From an uncultured virus (IMG/VR IMGVR_UViG_3300030330_001898) (Duplodnaviria > Heunggongvirae > Uroviricota > Caudoviricetes): a stretch of 20,000 bases of DNA. The stretch covers positions 49,529-69,528 of the IMG/VR virus record IMGVR_UViG_3300030330_001898; one strand, 5' to 3'. The translations under genes and the position numbers were made by a program. The notes beneath the pieces are model-generated. The model searched no databases. It had not been told where the DNA came from and saw nothing but the letters and a program-made list of their open reading frames with translations. Positions 9,108 through 16,751 of this stretch are shown here, piece by piece (positions within the stretch are counted from its first letter, which is position 1; the number at the start of each line of letters is the position of its first letter).

Positions 9108-9559
9108 TATATAATCTCCTCCCCTCTTTCATCAAAAGATACAAACTCCATACCTAATAAATCCATAACTTGAGGCAGTCCAAAACTATATGCATATCTT
9201 TTTGAAGCTTCTTGTTTATTTATTCTCATTTGAATCATATTATTATTCATAGATATAGGTTCTTTCATTTTTTCTAATTGTTTTCTTTTTTTAAAATCTC
9301 TTTCAAGTTGTAAAGCATTTTGTTTTTTCATTTCTTTATCAAAATAAGGATCACGAGTATTAGGAGTACCTTGTAATTCATTTTGCCCCATACGTCTCAT
9401 TTCTTCTGCCTGATCTAAACTGTCTTGTTGTGCTTGCATTGCTCTAACAAAATCTGGATTAGGCGTAGGATTACCACCATCGCTTCCCATTATCTTTTTT
9501 TCAGATAAAAAAGGTAGCATTAAATCTTGTGCTGAACCTTTCTTTTTACCTTGTGCCAT
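9107..9559 (-). CDS. Hypothetical protein (150 aa), Met/Gln/Lys-rich, possibly internal virion protein
   Basis: AAGGAG SD and TAATG overlaps at both ends support a real gene. No recognisable motif. Confidence 0.6.
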   Translation of the reverse strand: MAQGKKKGSAQDLMLPFLSEKKIMGSDGGNPTPNPDFVRAMQAQQDSLDQAEEMRRMGQNELQGTPNTRDPYFDKEMKKQNALQLERDFKKRKQLEKMKEPISMNNNMIQMRINKQEASKRYAYSFGLPQVMDLLGMEFVSFDERGEEII

Positions 9560-10053
9560 TATACATTCTCCTTAATATTCTCTATTGCCTCTACAAAATC
9601 TTTTACTCTTACTGGTGTTTGCTTGTACCATCTAGAGTATCTTTCTTCTTCTTTGTTAGCATACATAATTTCATCTATTGCTTTATCATACTCCTTATGA
9701 CACAATGCTTTCCATGCTGATGGAAACTTTCTAAACCACTTAGTACCAAGTTGAAAGTTTACAGATGTTAAAGCTATTTTGAAATCAACATCATGTATAT
9801 TTAGTATTTTACATTGATCATTACAAGCATCTAATGATTTCTGTATATCATTATCATACCACTCTCTAATAATAGACTCTTTTAATAAACACCCTACTGG
9901 ATATATTTTTTTTTCTTCAGAAGATAATAAATGTCCTATGCCACCAGTAGGTTTACCCAATGTATCTAAGTATACTACATTCTTATAACCTTCACGCAAC
10001 TTAATATGGTCGTAAAGTTTTTGTCTAAAACTAATATCGTTAGGCACTATCAT
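9559..10053 (-). CDS. T4-type phage lysozyme (muramidase, GH24-like)
   Basis: REGYKNVVYLDTLGKPTGGIG places E21-D30-T36 with the same 9/6 spacing as the T4 lysozyme E11-D20-T26 triad. FQLG motif present. C-terminal SRWYKQTPVR matches T4 lysozyme SRWYNQTPNR. Confidence 0.93.
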   Translation of the reverse strand: MIVPNDISFRQKLYDHIKLREGYKNVVYLDTLGKPTGGIGHLLSSEEKKIYPVGCLLKESIIREWYDNDIQKSLDACNDQCKILNIHDVDFKIALTSVNFQLGTKWFRKFPSAWKALCHKEYDKAIDEIMYANKEEERYSRWYKQTPVRVKDFVEAIENIKENV

Positions 10054-10532
10054 AAATTACCTGCATTAAAATATTCTTCTGGTATAAAATTTTCTACACC
10101 TTGTAAAAATATATTAACAAAATTTTCATCTGGTATAGGTATTCCTGCATCTGTTCTTATTTTATTAGTTGACTTATCTAAACTAAATAAAAATCTTCTC
10201 GCAGCTGAAAACTGATTGCTCTTATCATAGCCATACATTTTTCTTATAGACTCTAATTGATCTGCAGGTATCTTATCAACAAAGTTATTTATAGTCTCAG
10301 CATTTTTTGCAACAGTATCTAGTCCTTTTTGAAACCTTTGTTCTGGTGTCATTAAAAAGTTTTGAACGCCAGTTACCATTCCATGCAATCCAGTCATTGC
10401 ACTTATTCCTCCAACAACATCCATTAAACCAGCTCCAGGTCCACTTACTTGAGCAAATTGATCTTTTACTGCTTGACGTTTTCCAAACTGATTAAACTCT
10501 GTCATAGCATTTTTTGCTTGATATATACTCAT
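10050..10532 (-). CDS. Hypothetical protein (160 aa), possible internal virion protein
   Basis: Start moved from 10559 to the ATG at 10532 (MSIYQAK), which has GGAGG 4 nt upstream and an ATGA overlap with the previous stop. Gly-rich, moderately hydrophobic segment GPGAGLMDVVGGISAMTGLHGMVTGV. Confidence 0.6.
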   Translation of the reverse strand: MSIYQAKNAMTEFNQFGKRQAVKDQFAQVSGPGAGLMDVVGGISAMTGLHGMVTGVQNFLMTPEQRFQKGLDTVAKNAETINNFVDKIPADQLESIRKMYGYDKSNQFSAARRFLFSLDKSTNKIRTDAGIPIPDENFVNIFLQGVENFIPEEYFNAGNL

Positions 10533-10756
10533 ATTTCCTCCAATTTTGTTTTCATCCATCTATTCTCTACTTTTATATAAAGATAATGTTCGTCTTGTTC
10601 TTTTACTACCAATCTATCTCCATCTGAACCTTCAAAATTATTAGGTTTAGTTTTTTTAGAAGTTATATGTGTAGTAAATTGTTGTTTAACATTGTCAACT
10701 TCTCTATCTAAATCTTTTAATTCACTTAATGATTCTATTAATGTTTGTTTTTCCAT
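10529..10756 (-). CDS. Hypothetical protein (75 aa), likely tail-associated
   Basis: TAATG overlap with the upstream tail gene and ATGA overlap with the downstream gene. N-terminal coiled coil followed by a short beta-rich end (GDRLVV...LYIKVENRW). Confidence 0.6.
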   Translation of the reverse strand: MEKQTLIESLSELKDLDREVDNVKQQFTTHITSKKTKPNNFEGSDGDRLVVKEQDEHYLYIKVENRWMKTKLEEI

Positions 10757-13182
10757 TACCTATATACCTTATCTCTGTATACAATCTGTATATCATTAAC
10801 TTCAAATCCAGCGTTTACGGCCCCTGTACTCTTTAAGGCTATACCAAAGCTCACTAAGTTCTTAAAAGTGTCAGGAAGGACCAATTTAATCGTTTTAAAG
10901 GTATTTGTAGTGTTTGTTAATGCACCAATATCAGTTAAATCTAATGGTGTATTGTCTCTTTTTGTGCCAAATCCCTGTAATGTTATGTTAGCTGTTTGTT
11001 TACAATTTATATAAATAGTATTAATGTTTTTATTTACCATAGGAGTACCAAAATCAAACTCTTTAGACTTCATTATAACTCCTGTTTTTGTAAAAGTTAA
11101 AGGAGTGTTACTCCATTTTTTTAATTCACCATCACCAGATACTACCTCCATCCAATTTAGATCACCATTTTCTCTTGTAATAATATTAGTAATATCATTT
11201 GTTGTTGCTACATCACCAGTTGTCCATGACTCAGACTTAATATCATATAATAATATATTAGCAGGAAAACTATTAACATTTACAGTTTGTTTGCTTCTAA
11301 TATATATTTGTTTTGTTTTAGGTATATATCCTATAACATTATTATCATGATAGTATTTTTCTCCCCAATCATCAAACTTTGGTTGTCCATTTTTACCTAA
11401 AGTAATATCAACAATTCTTTTTCCTGTGTAAAGAAAAGCTCCGTATTTATTAAACCAAGCTACAAATCCTTCACCTTTTGTTACATGATATTCTTTTTCA
11501 CAACCTTTATAGTCGTATGCTGCTTCTAAAAATTCTATATTTCTACTTGTATTTATAATAAATAAATTACGTTTTTTAAATTGTAACAACTTACTACCTA
11601 ATGACTCTAGCCTAATAATGCTATCACCATCTTCAACTTCTACATCTATAAAAGAAGTTTCTGGTATTATATCAAACTTACCAGTTCTAGACTTTAATAC
11701 TCTATCAGATTTAGTAACAAGGTTATTATCTTTATCATAATACTGAACATTACCAACATACAATCTTCTATTCATTACTGTGTGTGTTTTAAATCCTGTG
11801 TTAGCTCTACCTATAACAGATGTATCATCATTTATAAAAGGTTCTGCTGTTGATAAACTTGTTACTACTTTACCATCTCCTGTGGTATCTGTAGCATTTG
11901 CAAAAAAATTAGTAGGAAACATAAAATTATTTTTACTATTTGCTTCTATAACACCAAAGGCACTATAGTCATTACTACCAGCCATTCTTATTCCTTCTTC
12001 AAAATCAACTTCACAAAATAAATATTTTGCAGATACTGATCCAGTATGTCTGTCTTCCCCTTCTACAAAATCATTTATTAATCCCCAGTATATTTTAAAA
12101 CCACAATAGTTATGAGCTTTATCTCCCATTCTTCCAATTAAAGCAAATCTTAATTTTTGTTGTATATTATCAGAACTTCCATGTTGTGGTGCAATACCTA
12201 AAAATGTTGTATTAGATTCTTGCTCTGATGTAGTATTATAATTTTTATAAACCTTAGTAGCCCAAAAACCATATCTACTTTCCTGTGTTAATGTAATCGT
12301 AGAATCATTATCATCATTATTGTTATTAGGAAAGTACGCTAAAAATGCCATAGAACCATCTCCATTAACATCATAAGCATTGCTAGAAAAAGTTTCATAA
12401 TTATCTAATTCTAATTCTAACCAATTACTCATACTTTGAAATGAAAACTCTGTTCCACTTATAGCTGATAACGTATTTGCTCTTGGCATATAAACTTCAC
12501 TACCAAACTCTGGTTTAAATAAATTAATATTTTGATTGTTAGAATCTGGAGTAGCATGATTATACAAAGCATTTACATCATAACTATATGGAGCAGCTGA
12601 ACTACCACCACGAATAGGTGCTACAAACATATCTACAACCTTGTATGTACCTGTACTTAAAACATTTCTAATAGATTCTGTAGTGTTAGTTCCTAATGTT
12701 CTTGAATATTTGTAATATGCTAAAGTCTTTGCTTTATTATTTTCACTACCATAGTGAGGAACTACTCTAACTACACCATCAATAGTATACATATTTAACA
12801 AAGCATTATCACTACCATAGTCTATATCAAAAGCAGATGACTCTAAAGCATGTCCTCCTCCAGATAAATCTAAAGCAACAACTTTTGTATTTGGTTTATC
12901 ATGTATGAATAAGTATTCTGTTTCAGATACAGTTTCAGCACCGCTAAGATTTCTATCAAAGTTTGTATTATGTATACCATTTCCATAGTTTACAGAATTA
13001 AGAGCATCTAAAGCATTAGCTGTTAAATTTTCAGCTGCATTACCTATTAATTTAATTTTACCAGGTACTTCATTATCTAAATTCAATAGTAATTGAAATT
13101 CGTTATCTACTAAATCTCTTGGTGATGTATTGTTATTAAGACCACCACTAAAGTTTGTAATGTTAATTGTTTTCTTAGGCAT
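10756..13182 (-). CDS. Tail nozzle / tail tubular protein B / stabilisation-type protein (808 aa)
   Basis: Start moved from 13233 to the ATG at 13182 (MPKKTINITNFSGGLN). An N-terminal F-x-GG-L-N motif, ~800 aa length, beta-propeller-like composition (RRLYVGNV, LLYDIKSESW, KSKEFDFG) and position before the ejection genes fit T7 gp12/P22 gp10-like podovirus tail proteins. Confidence 0.72.
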   Translation of the reverse strand: MPKKTINITNFSGGLNNNTSPRDLVDNEFQLLLNLDNEVPGKIKLIGNAAENLTANALDALNSVNYGNGIHNTNFDRNLSGAETVSETEYLFIHDKPNTKVVALDLSGGGHALESSAFDIDYGSDNALLNMYTIDGVVRVVPHYGSENNKAKTLAYYKYSRTLGTNTTESIRNVLSTGTYKVVDMFVAPIRGGSSAAPYSYDVNALYNHATPDSNNQNINLFKPEFGSEVYMPRANTLSAISGTEFSFQSMSNWLELELDNYETFSSNAYDVNGDGSMAFLAYFPNNNNDDNDSTITLTQESRYGFWATKVYKNYNTTSEQESNTTFLGIAPQHGSSDNIQQKLRFALIGRMGDKAHNYCGFKIYWGLINDFVEGEDRHTGSVSAKYLFCEVDFEEGIRMAGSNDYSAFGVIEANSKNNFMFPTNFFANATDTTGDGKVVTSLSTAEPFINDDTSVIGRANTGFKTHTVMNRRLYVGNVQYYDKDNNLVTKSDRVLKSRTGKFDIIPETSFIDVEVEDGDSIIRLESLGSKLLQFKKRNLFIINTSRNIEFLEAAYDYKGCEKEYHVTKGEGFVAWFNKYGAFLYTGKRIVDITLGKNGQPKFDDWGEKYYHDNNVIGYIPKTKQIYIRSKQTVNVNSFPANILLYDIKSESWTTGDVATTNDITNIITRENGDLNWMEVVSGDGELKKWSNTPLTFTKTGVIMKSKEFDFGTPMVNKNINTIYINCKQTANITLQGFGTKRDNTPLDLTDIGALTNTTNTFKTIKLVLPDTFKNLVSFGIALKSTGAVNAGFEVNDIQIVYRDKVYR

Positions 13183-13357
13183 TTGCTTTTTTCCTAAGTT
13201 GTGTACAGAATACATTACCTCTAGTAATTTCATCCATAGTTACAGCTTTCACTTTCTTTTTAGACTTTGTTTTTAAACTATACTTTCTTCTACTATCGTT
13301 TATAGATGTTCCTTTAAATTCTTGTCCTTTACCAGTTGATGTATTATATATTCCCAT
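13175..13357 (-). CDS. Small basic hypothetical protein (60 aa)
   Basis: GGGGAG SD upstream. Fills the gap between the phosphoesterase and the revised tail gene start, with short overlaps at both ends. Lys/Arg-rich. Confidence 0.6.
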   Translation of the reverse strand: MGIYNTSTGKGQEFKGTSINDSRRKYSLKTKSKKKVKAVTMDEITRGNVFCTQLRKKANA

Positions 13358-14111
13358 CTATTATCTCTCCCCATAAAGATGTTTTACCATCTATTATTTC
13401 CACTACTTCTACTTTAAATTCACCATTGTTGTACCAATCTACAACAGCAAATGCATGACCCCAGTTGTGCAATCTACCCTTAAGCCATTTATTTTGTTCA
13501 TGTGACATATCTTTTAAACACCCCATAGACCAAGCACCAATATTGCCATTAAGCTTTGTCAGTGTATGTCTCTGTATATCATGTGTATGTCCATACATCA
13601 CATTTTCTCCATAAGTTTCTAAATGTTTCTTTGCATGATATGTTGTAGCAAATGCTCCATGAAAGAATGTTAGTTTTCCTATTTGTATTGGTAAGTTATA
13701 TTCGGTATATTTATACCCTCTTTCTTTTATTTTACACGCTTTAAAAAAGCTGTAATTACTAAGATAGGGATACTTGTTAGAAAAATTATCCAACCAGAGA
13801 TCGTGATTGCCTTGTAATAAATATTTCTTTTTACATTTGACTTCATCTAAAACCTCATCCCAAATATCCAACCCTTTATTAACCAACCGTATATCTTCAT
13901 TAACAATAGGCAATTGAAACTCAAGTGGTGGTAACTTTTTATCTTTATACTTCCACGCAGATACTGACTCCCACTCACCAACATCTCCAAGATTAACAAA
14001 TACATCTGGTTTTATTTTACGTATAGCTTTCACTACACAATTTACTGCAGCTTTATCATGTAAAGGATAATGCTGGTCTGGTATTATAATACCACGTTGC
14101 TTAAGTTTCAA
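13344..14111 (-). CDS. Calcineurin-like metallophosphoesterase (255 aa)
   Basis: All five metal-binding motifs occur in order: PDQH (DxH), NLGDV (GD), GNHD, FHG, GHTH. TTG start with GGAGG 5 nt upstream. Confidence 0.9.
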   Translation of the reverse strand: MKLKQRGIIIPDQHYPLHDKAAVNCVVKAIRKIKPDVFVNLGDVGEWESVSAWKYKDKKLPPLEFQLPIVNEDIRLVNKGLDIWDEVLDEVKCKKKYLLQGNHDLWLDNFSNKYPYLSNYSFFKACKIKERGYKYTEYNLPIQIGKLTFFHGAFATTYHAKKHLETYGENVMYGHTHDIQRHTLTKLNGNIGAWSMGCLKDMSHEQNKWLKGRLHNWGHAFAVVDWYNNGEFKVEVVEIIDGKTSLWGEIIDGNI

Positions 14112-14120
14112 TGGTACCTC

Positions 14121-14279
14121 CTATTTTTTATCTAAGGCTTTTTTAACTTCAGCCCATAGTTTGTCATCAAGTTTGTTAGATGATTTAGCTACTAACCAAT
14201 CACCTAAATGCATGATAACTGCTTTAATTAGTTTTTCTGTTCCTAAACTTGTTAGAACTTTACCTAATATTGGTCCCAT
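14121..14279 (-). CDS. Small hypothetical protein (52 aa), not in the ORF track
   Basis: Translates as MGPILGKVLTSLGTEKLIKAVIMHLGDWLVAKSSNKLDDKLWAEVKKALDKK*. GAGGAG SD; TAATG overlap at 14279; its TAG abuts the SD of the next gene. Amphipathic helices around an SxNKLDD motif. Confidence 0.75.
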   Translation of the reverse strand: MGPILGKVLTSLGTEKLIKAVIMHLGDWLVAKSSNKLDDKLWAEVKKALDKK

Positions 14280-14476
14280 TATTTTTTCTCCTCACAGTTT
14301 ATATCGCAAGCCTCAAGACCTTTTATATATCCTTGATGCTCAATGATCATTTGTTTTACTTCTCCTAGTCTAGCATTAGCTTCCTGAATTTGTCCAGCAA
14401 GTTCATTATGTTGCTCTACTAATGTTTCCATTTTACTTTCTGCTTCTTTACGAAGATCGACTTTTTCTTTAGCCAT
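14279..14476 (-). CDS. Small coiled-coil hypothetical protein (65 aa)
   Basis: AAGGAG SD, heptad pattern and TAATG coupling to the next gene. Confidence 0.7.
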   Translation of the reverse strand: MAKEKVDLRKEAESKMETLVEQHNELAGQIQEANARLGEVKQMIIEHQGYIKGLEACDINCEEKK

Positions 14477-14493
14477 TACTTCTCCTTCTTTTG

Positions 14494-15147
14494 TTAATAA
14501 ATATTTTTCTTTTTATTATCAATAGCCATTTTAATAAATGGAGCAAAAACACCAGCAAGGTCTAGCATACCTACTTTAGGAAACTTTAAAACTGTTTGTC
14601 CTCCTCTTTTTGCTGTGTCCGTAGCTATTTGTCTTGCTATATCTCCTTTAGATGCTAAACCAGTAACACCTGTGTTAGTTTTTCCAATATTTTTCATAGC
14701 TTTTTTTGCTAGATCTGAATTATATACATTTCCCCTTATACTAGATGTTTTACTTTTAACTCTATCACGAATAATTTTACCAGATTGGTTTGGTCCAACT
14801 TGATTAGAATTAACACTAATATTAGGGGTATCTCCTCCACCTATATCTCCTGGTGCTGTAAGTGCTCTAGAAGCTTCAAAAATTTCTCCAAACACACCGC
14901 CTGTACCTTGACCTCTTAATACTGCTCCTGCACTTTGAAGCAAACCGTATCCAGCTCCTAATGGAGCAGCAGTAACACCTTTAACTACATTAAGTGCTGC
15001 ACCTGCAACCTTTCTACCTGGTGATGATGCTAAACTAAATACAGCAGCACCAGCACCTCCAAGTTTTAAATTTCTCTCTAAATCGGCTTGTTTTTGAGCT
15101 TCAGTTTTTTGTTCAGTTTTATTGTTATCATCAAAATTCCACGCCAT
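14494..15147 (-). CDS. Gly/Ala-rich hypothetical protein (217 aa), possible virion/membrane-active protein
   Basis: Start moved from 15159 to the ATG at 15147 (MAWNFDD), which has GGAGG 4 nt upstream. Gly/Ala-rich hydrophobic N-terminal half and basic C-terminal half. Confidence 0.6.
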   Translation of the reverse strand: MAWNFDDNNKTEQKTEAQKQADLERNLKLGGAGAAVFSLASSPGRKVAGAALNVVKGVTAAPLGAGYGLLQSAGAVLRGQGTGGVFGEIFEASRALTAPGDIGGGDTPNISVNSNQVGPNQSGKIIRDRVKSKTSSIRGNVYNSDLAKKAMKNIGKTNTGVTGLASKGDIARQIATDTAKRGGQTVLKFPKVGMLDLAGVFAPFIKMAIDNKKKNIY

Positions 15148-15159
15148 AACGCCTCCCAA

Positions 15160-15195
15160 TTTACATATTATATTTTTATTTTACTAATTATTTAA
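15160..15195 (-). promoter_or_regulatory. Possible internal promoter (TATAAT -10 box) in an AT-rich spacer upstream of the 15147 gene
   Basis: TATAAT on the minus strand at 15172-15167, in the largest intergenic gap of the window. The -35 position 17 bp upstream (TTAAAT) is a poor match and the background is very AT-rich. Confidence 0.25.
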
Positions 15196-15565
15196 TTTCT
15201 TTTCTAATACTTTCTAATACAGTTCTTTCATCAAACTTCATTGAAATTCCTGGTTCAAATCTTTTTACTTCCTTACCATTTTCAAATATAATAATAGTAG
15301 GAACCACTTTTATATTCCATTCACTTTGTATTACTGCACCTATCGTTTTATTAGATAGATCTACTTCTGCTAAATAACAATCTTCAAGCTTGTTAATATT
15401 TAATCTATTTTTGTAATTCCAAGAAGCATTTACTTGTACCACAGCACAATCTTCTTGGCTCATAAGTTGTATAGATTGAAAACTATCTAAATTAACTGAT
15501 TGCGAGTGCAACCAAGAAAAAGATAGTCCAAACCATAAACATAATGATAACATTATTTTGTTCAT
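15188..15565 (-). CDS. Secreted thioredoxin-fold protein lacking the CxxC motif (125 aa)
   Basis: Signal-peptide-like N-terminus (MNKIMLSLCLWFGLSFSWLHS). VVQVNASWNYKN occupies the position of thioredoxin VVDFWAxWCxxC. AEVD and WNIKVVPTIIIFENGKEVKRF match the thioredoxin cis-Pro loop and C-terminal strands. GAGG SD. Confidence 0.78.
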   Translation of the reverse strand: MNKIMLSLCLWFGLSFSWLHSQSVNLDSFQSIQLMSQEDCAVVQVNASWNYKNRLNINKLEDCYLAEVDLSNKTIGAVIQSEWNIKVVPTIIIFENGKEVKRFEPGISMKFDERTVLESIRKEIK

Positions 15566-15574
15566 TATCTAACC

Positions 15575-15871
15575 TCATTTATTATTCATATCAATAAGTG
15601 TTTGAGTAATAGCTTTTGTATCTTCTTTAATATCATCTACTTTCTCTTCCAACTTATCAACCTTACCTTCAGTATTTAATATTGAATCACGTATCATCTG
15701 ATCTTTCAAATCATACTCCATACGTGAAACCTCTGGCTCAGGTAGTCTTTTAGCTTCTTCTATATCAGCTTGTAAAGAATACCATAAACCAATAACCATA
15801 CCTATAGTTACAGCAATACTGACTGCTGTTTCTATAGAAAGTGTAAATTTACTATCTTTACCTATTTCCAT
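15575..15871 (-). CDS. Single-pass membrane protein with coiled coil (98 aa); possible holin/spanin-like lysis protein
   Basis: One hydrophobic helix (TAVSIAVTIGMVIGLWYSL) followed by a charged coiled coil (VDKLEEKVDDIKED). AGGGG SD. The lysis role is inference only. Confidence 0.55.
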   Translation of the reverse strand: MEIGKDSKFTLSIETAVSIAVTIGMVIGLWYSLQADIEEAKRLPEPEVSRMEYDLKDQMIRDSILNTEGKVDKLEEKVDDIKEDTKAITQTLIDMNNK

Positions 15872-15896
15872 TGTTATCCCCTATTTATTAAGTATT

Positions 15897-16214
15897 TTAT
15901 CTACCTGGTCCACCACCTGCTTCATGAAATCCACCTATTGCGTGGCTCATGTGATGTGGTGTTAAGCTTATAGCACTCACATCAGAATTTGTTAAAGCTG
16001 TATTTGGTGTGCTTTGTAATGGATTATTACTGCCACCAAACTTTTCAAAAGCATTACAAGGTCCACTATTTTGACCTGCGTAAGTATGGCTTATACCACC
16101 TACACTTGTTCCAGTCATAAGTGAACTTAAACTGATGTTAGTAGTTTGTACAACTTTACAGCCATCATTACCAATTTCTGACCTTAATGCTACATTTGTA
16201 TTACTTACTGCCAC
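15897..16214 (-). CDS. Hypothetical Ser/Thr/Gly/Asn-rich protein (105 aa), likely tail fibre-associated
   Basis: TAATG overlap at 16214, fibre-like composition, and second gene downstream of the tail fibre. Confidence 0.55.
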   Translation of the reverse strand: MAVSNTNVALRSEIGNDGCKVVQTTNISLSSLMTGTSVGGISHTYAGQNSGPCNAFEKFGGSNNPLQSTPNTALTNSDVSAISLTPHHMSHAIGGFHEAGGGPGR

Positions 16215-16462
16215 TATTCAGCATCTTTTATTGCTACATAGTCTGCCATTTCAGATTCACACTCAGCAAGTTGTGCTTCTAAATTAGCTTTATGTGCTTC
16301 ACATTCTGATATAGCTTCATCTACTAACTTAGTTTCAGTCCAATCTACTACTTCTACATCTTTACCAGCTGGACTTTTCATAGTTCTTGTATGTTTAATT
16401 TCAACCATTTTTGTTGATTCTTCTGGTGATGCTGCTTCTGTTGCACTTATTATTTTAGCCAT
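16214..16462 (-). CDS. Acidic hypothetical protein (82 aa), possible tail fibre assembly protein
   Basis: GAGGAG SD, 8-nt overlap with the tail fibre 3' end and a C-terminal coiled coil. Confidence 0.6.
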   Translation of the reverse strand: MAKIISATEAASPEESTKMVEIKHTRTMKSPAGKDVEVVDWTETKLVDEAISECEAHKANLEAQLAECESEMADYVAIKDAE

Positions 16463-16751
16463 TTAACTTCTCCTCTAATTTGTTTATTTGTTGTTGTTGT
16501 TCTTGAATTGCTTGTACTAATATAGAAGTAAGTTTAGCATAATCCATTGTTTTATGAGTTCCACCAACTTCTAATGTTTCTGTTTCTTTAATAACTTCTG
16601 GTACAATTTTTTCCATTTCCTGTGCAATAAATCCTATATCATGTGTACCATTTCTTTTTTCTATCCAATCGAATTGTACAGGATTCATTTGTAATACTTC
16701 TTTTAGTCCATAAGGTATAGACTTTACATTTTCTTTAAACTTTATATCTGA
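16455..16751 (-). other. Peptidase S74 autocleaving chaperone domain of the tail fibre
   Basis: Starts at S-D-x-x-x-K (SDIKFK, the Ser-Lys dyad pattern), followed by GFIAQE and a terminal coiled coil. Confidence 0.88.

Noticed and set aside
13183..13233. Track's longer N-terminus for the tail nozzle gene (and similarly 10533-10559 and 15148-15159 for two other genes)
   Set aside because: Downstream ATGs have better SD motifs or stop-start coupling and avoid long overlaps, so the starts were revised to 13182, 10532 and 15147.
15539..15550. Lipobox (LSLC) in the thioredoxin-like protein, suggesting an o-spanin lipoprotein
   Set aside because: The Cys is at residue 9, too early for a normal lipoprotein signal, and the hydrophobic stretch continues after it.
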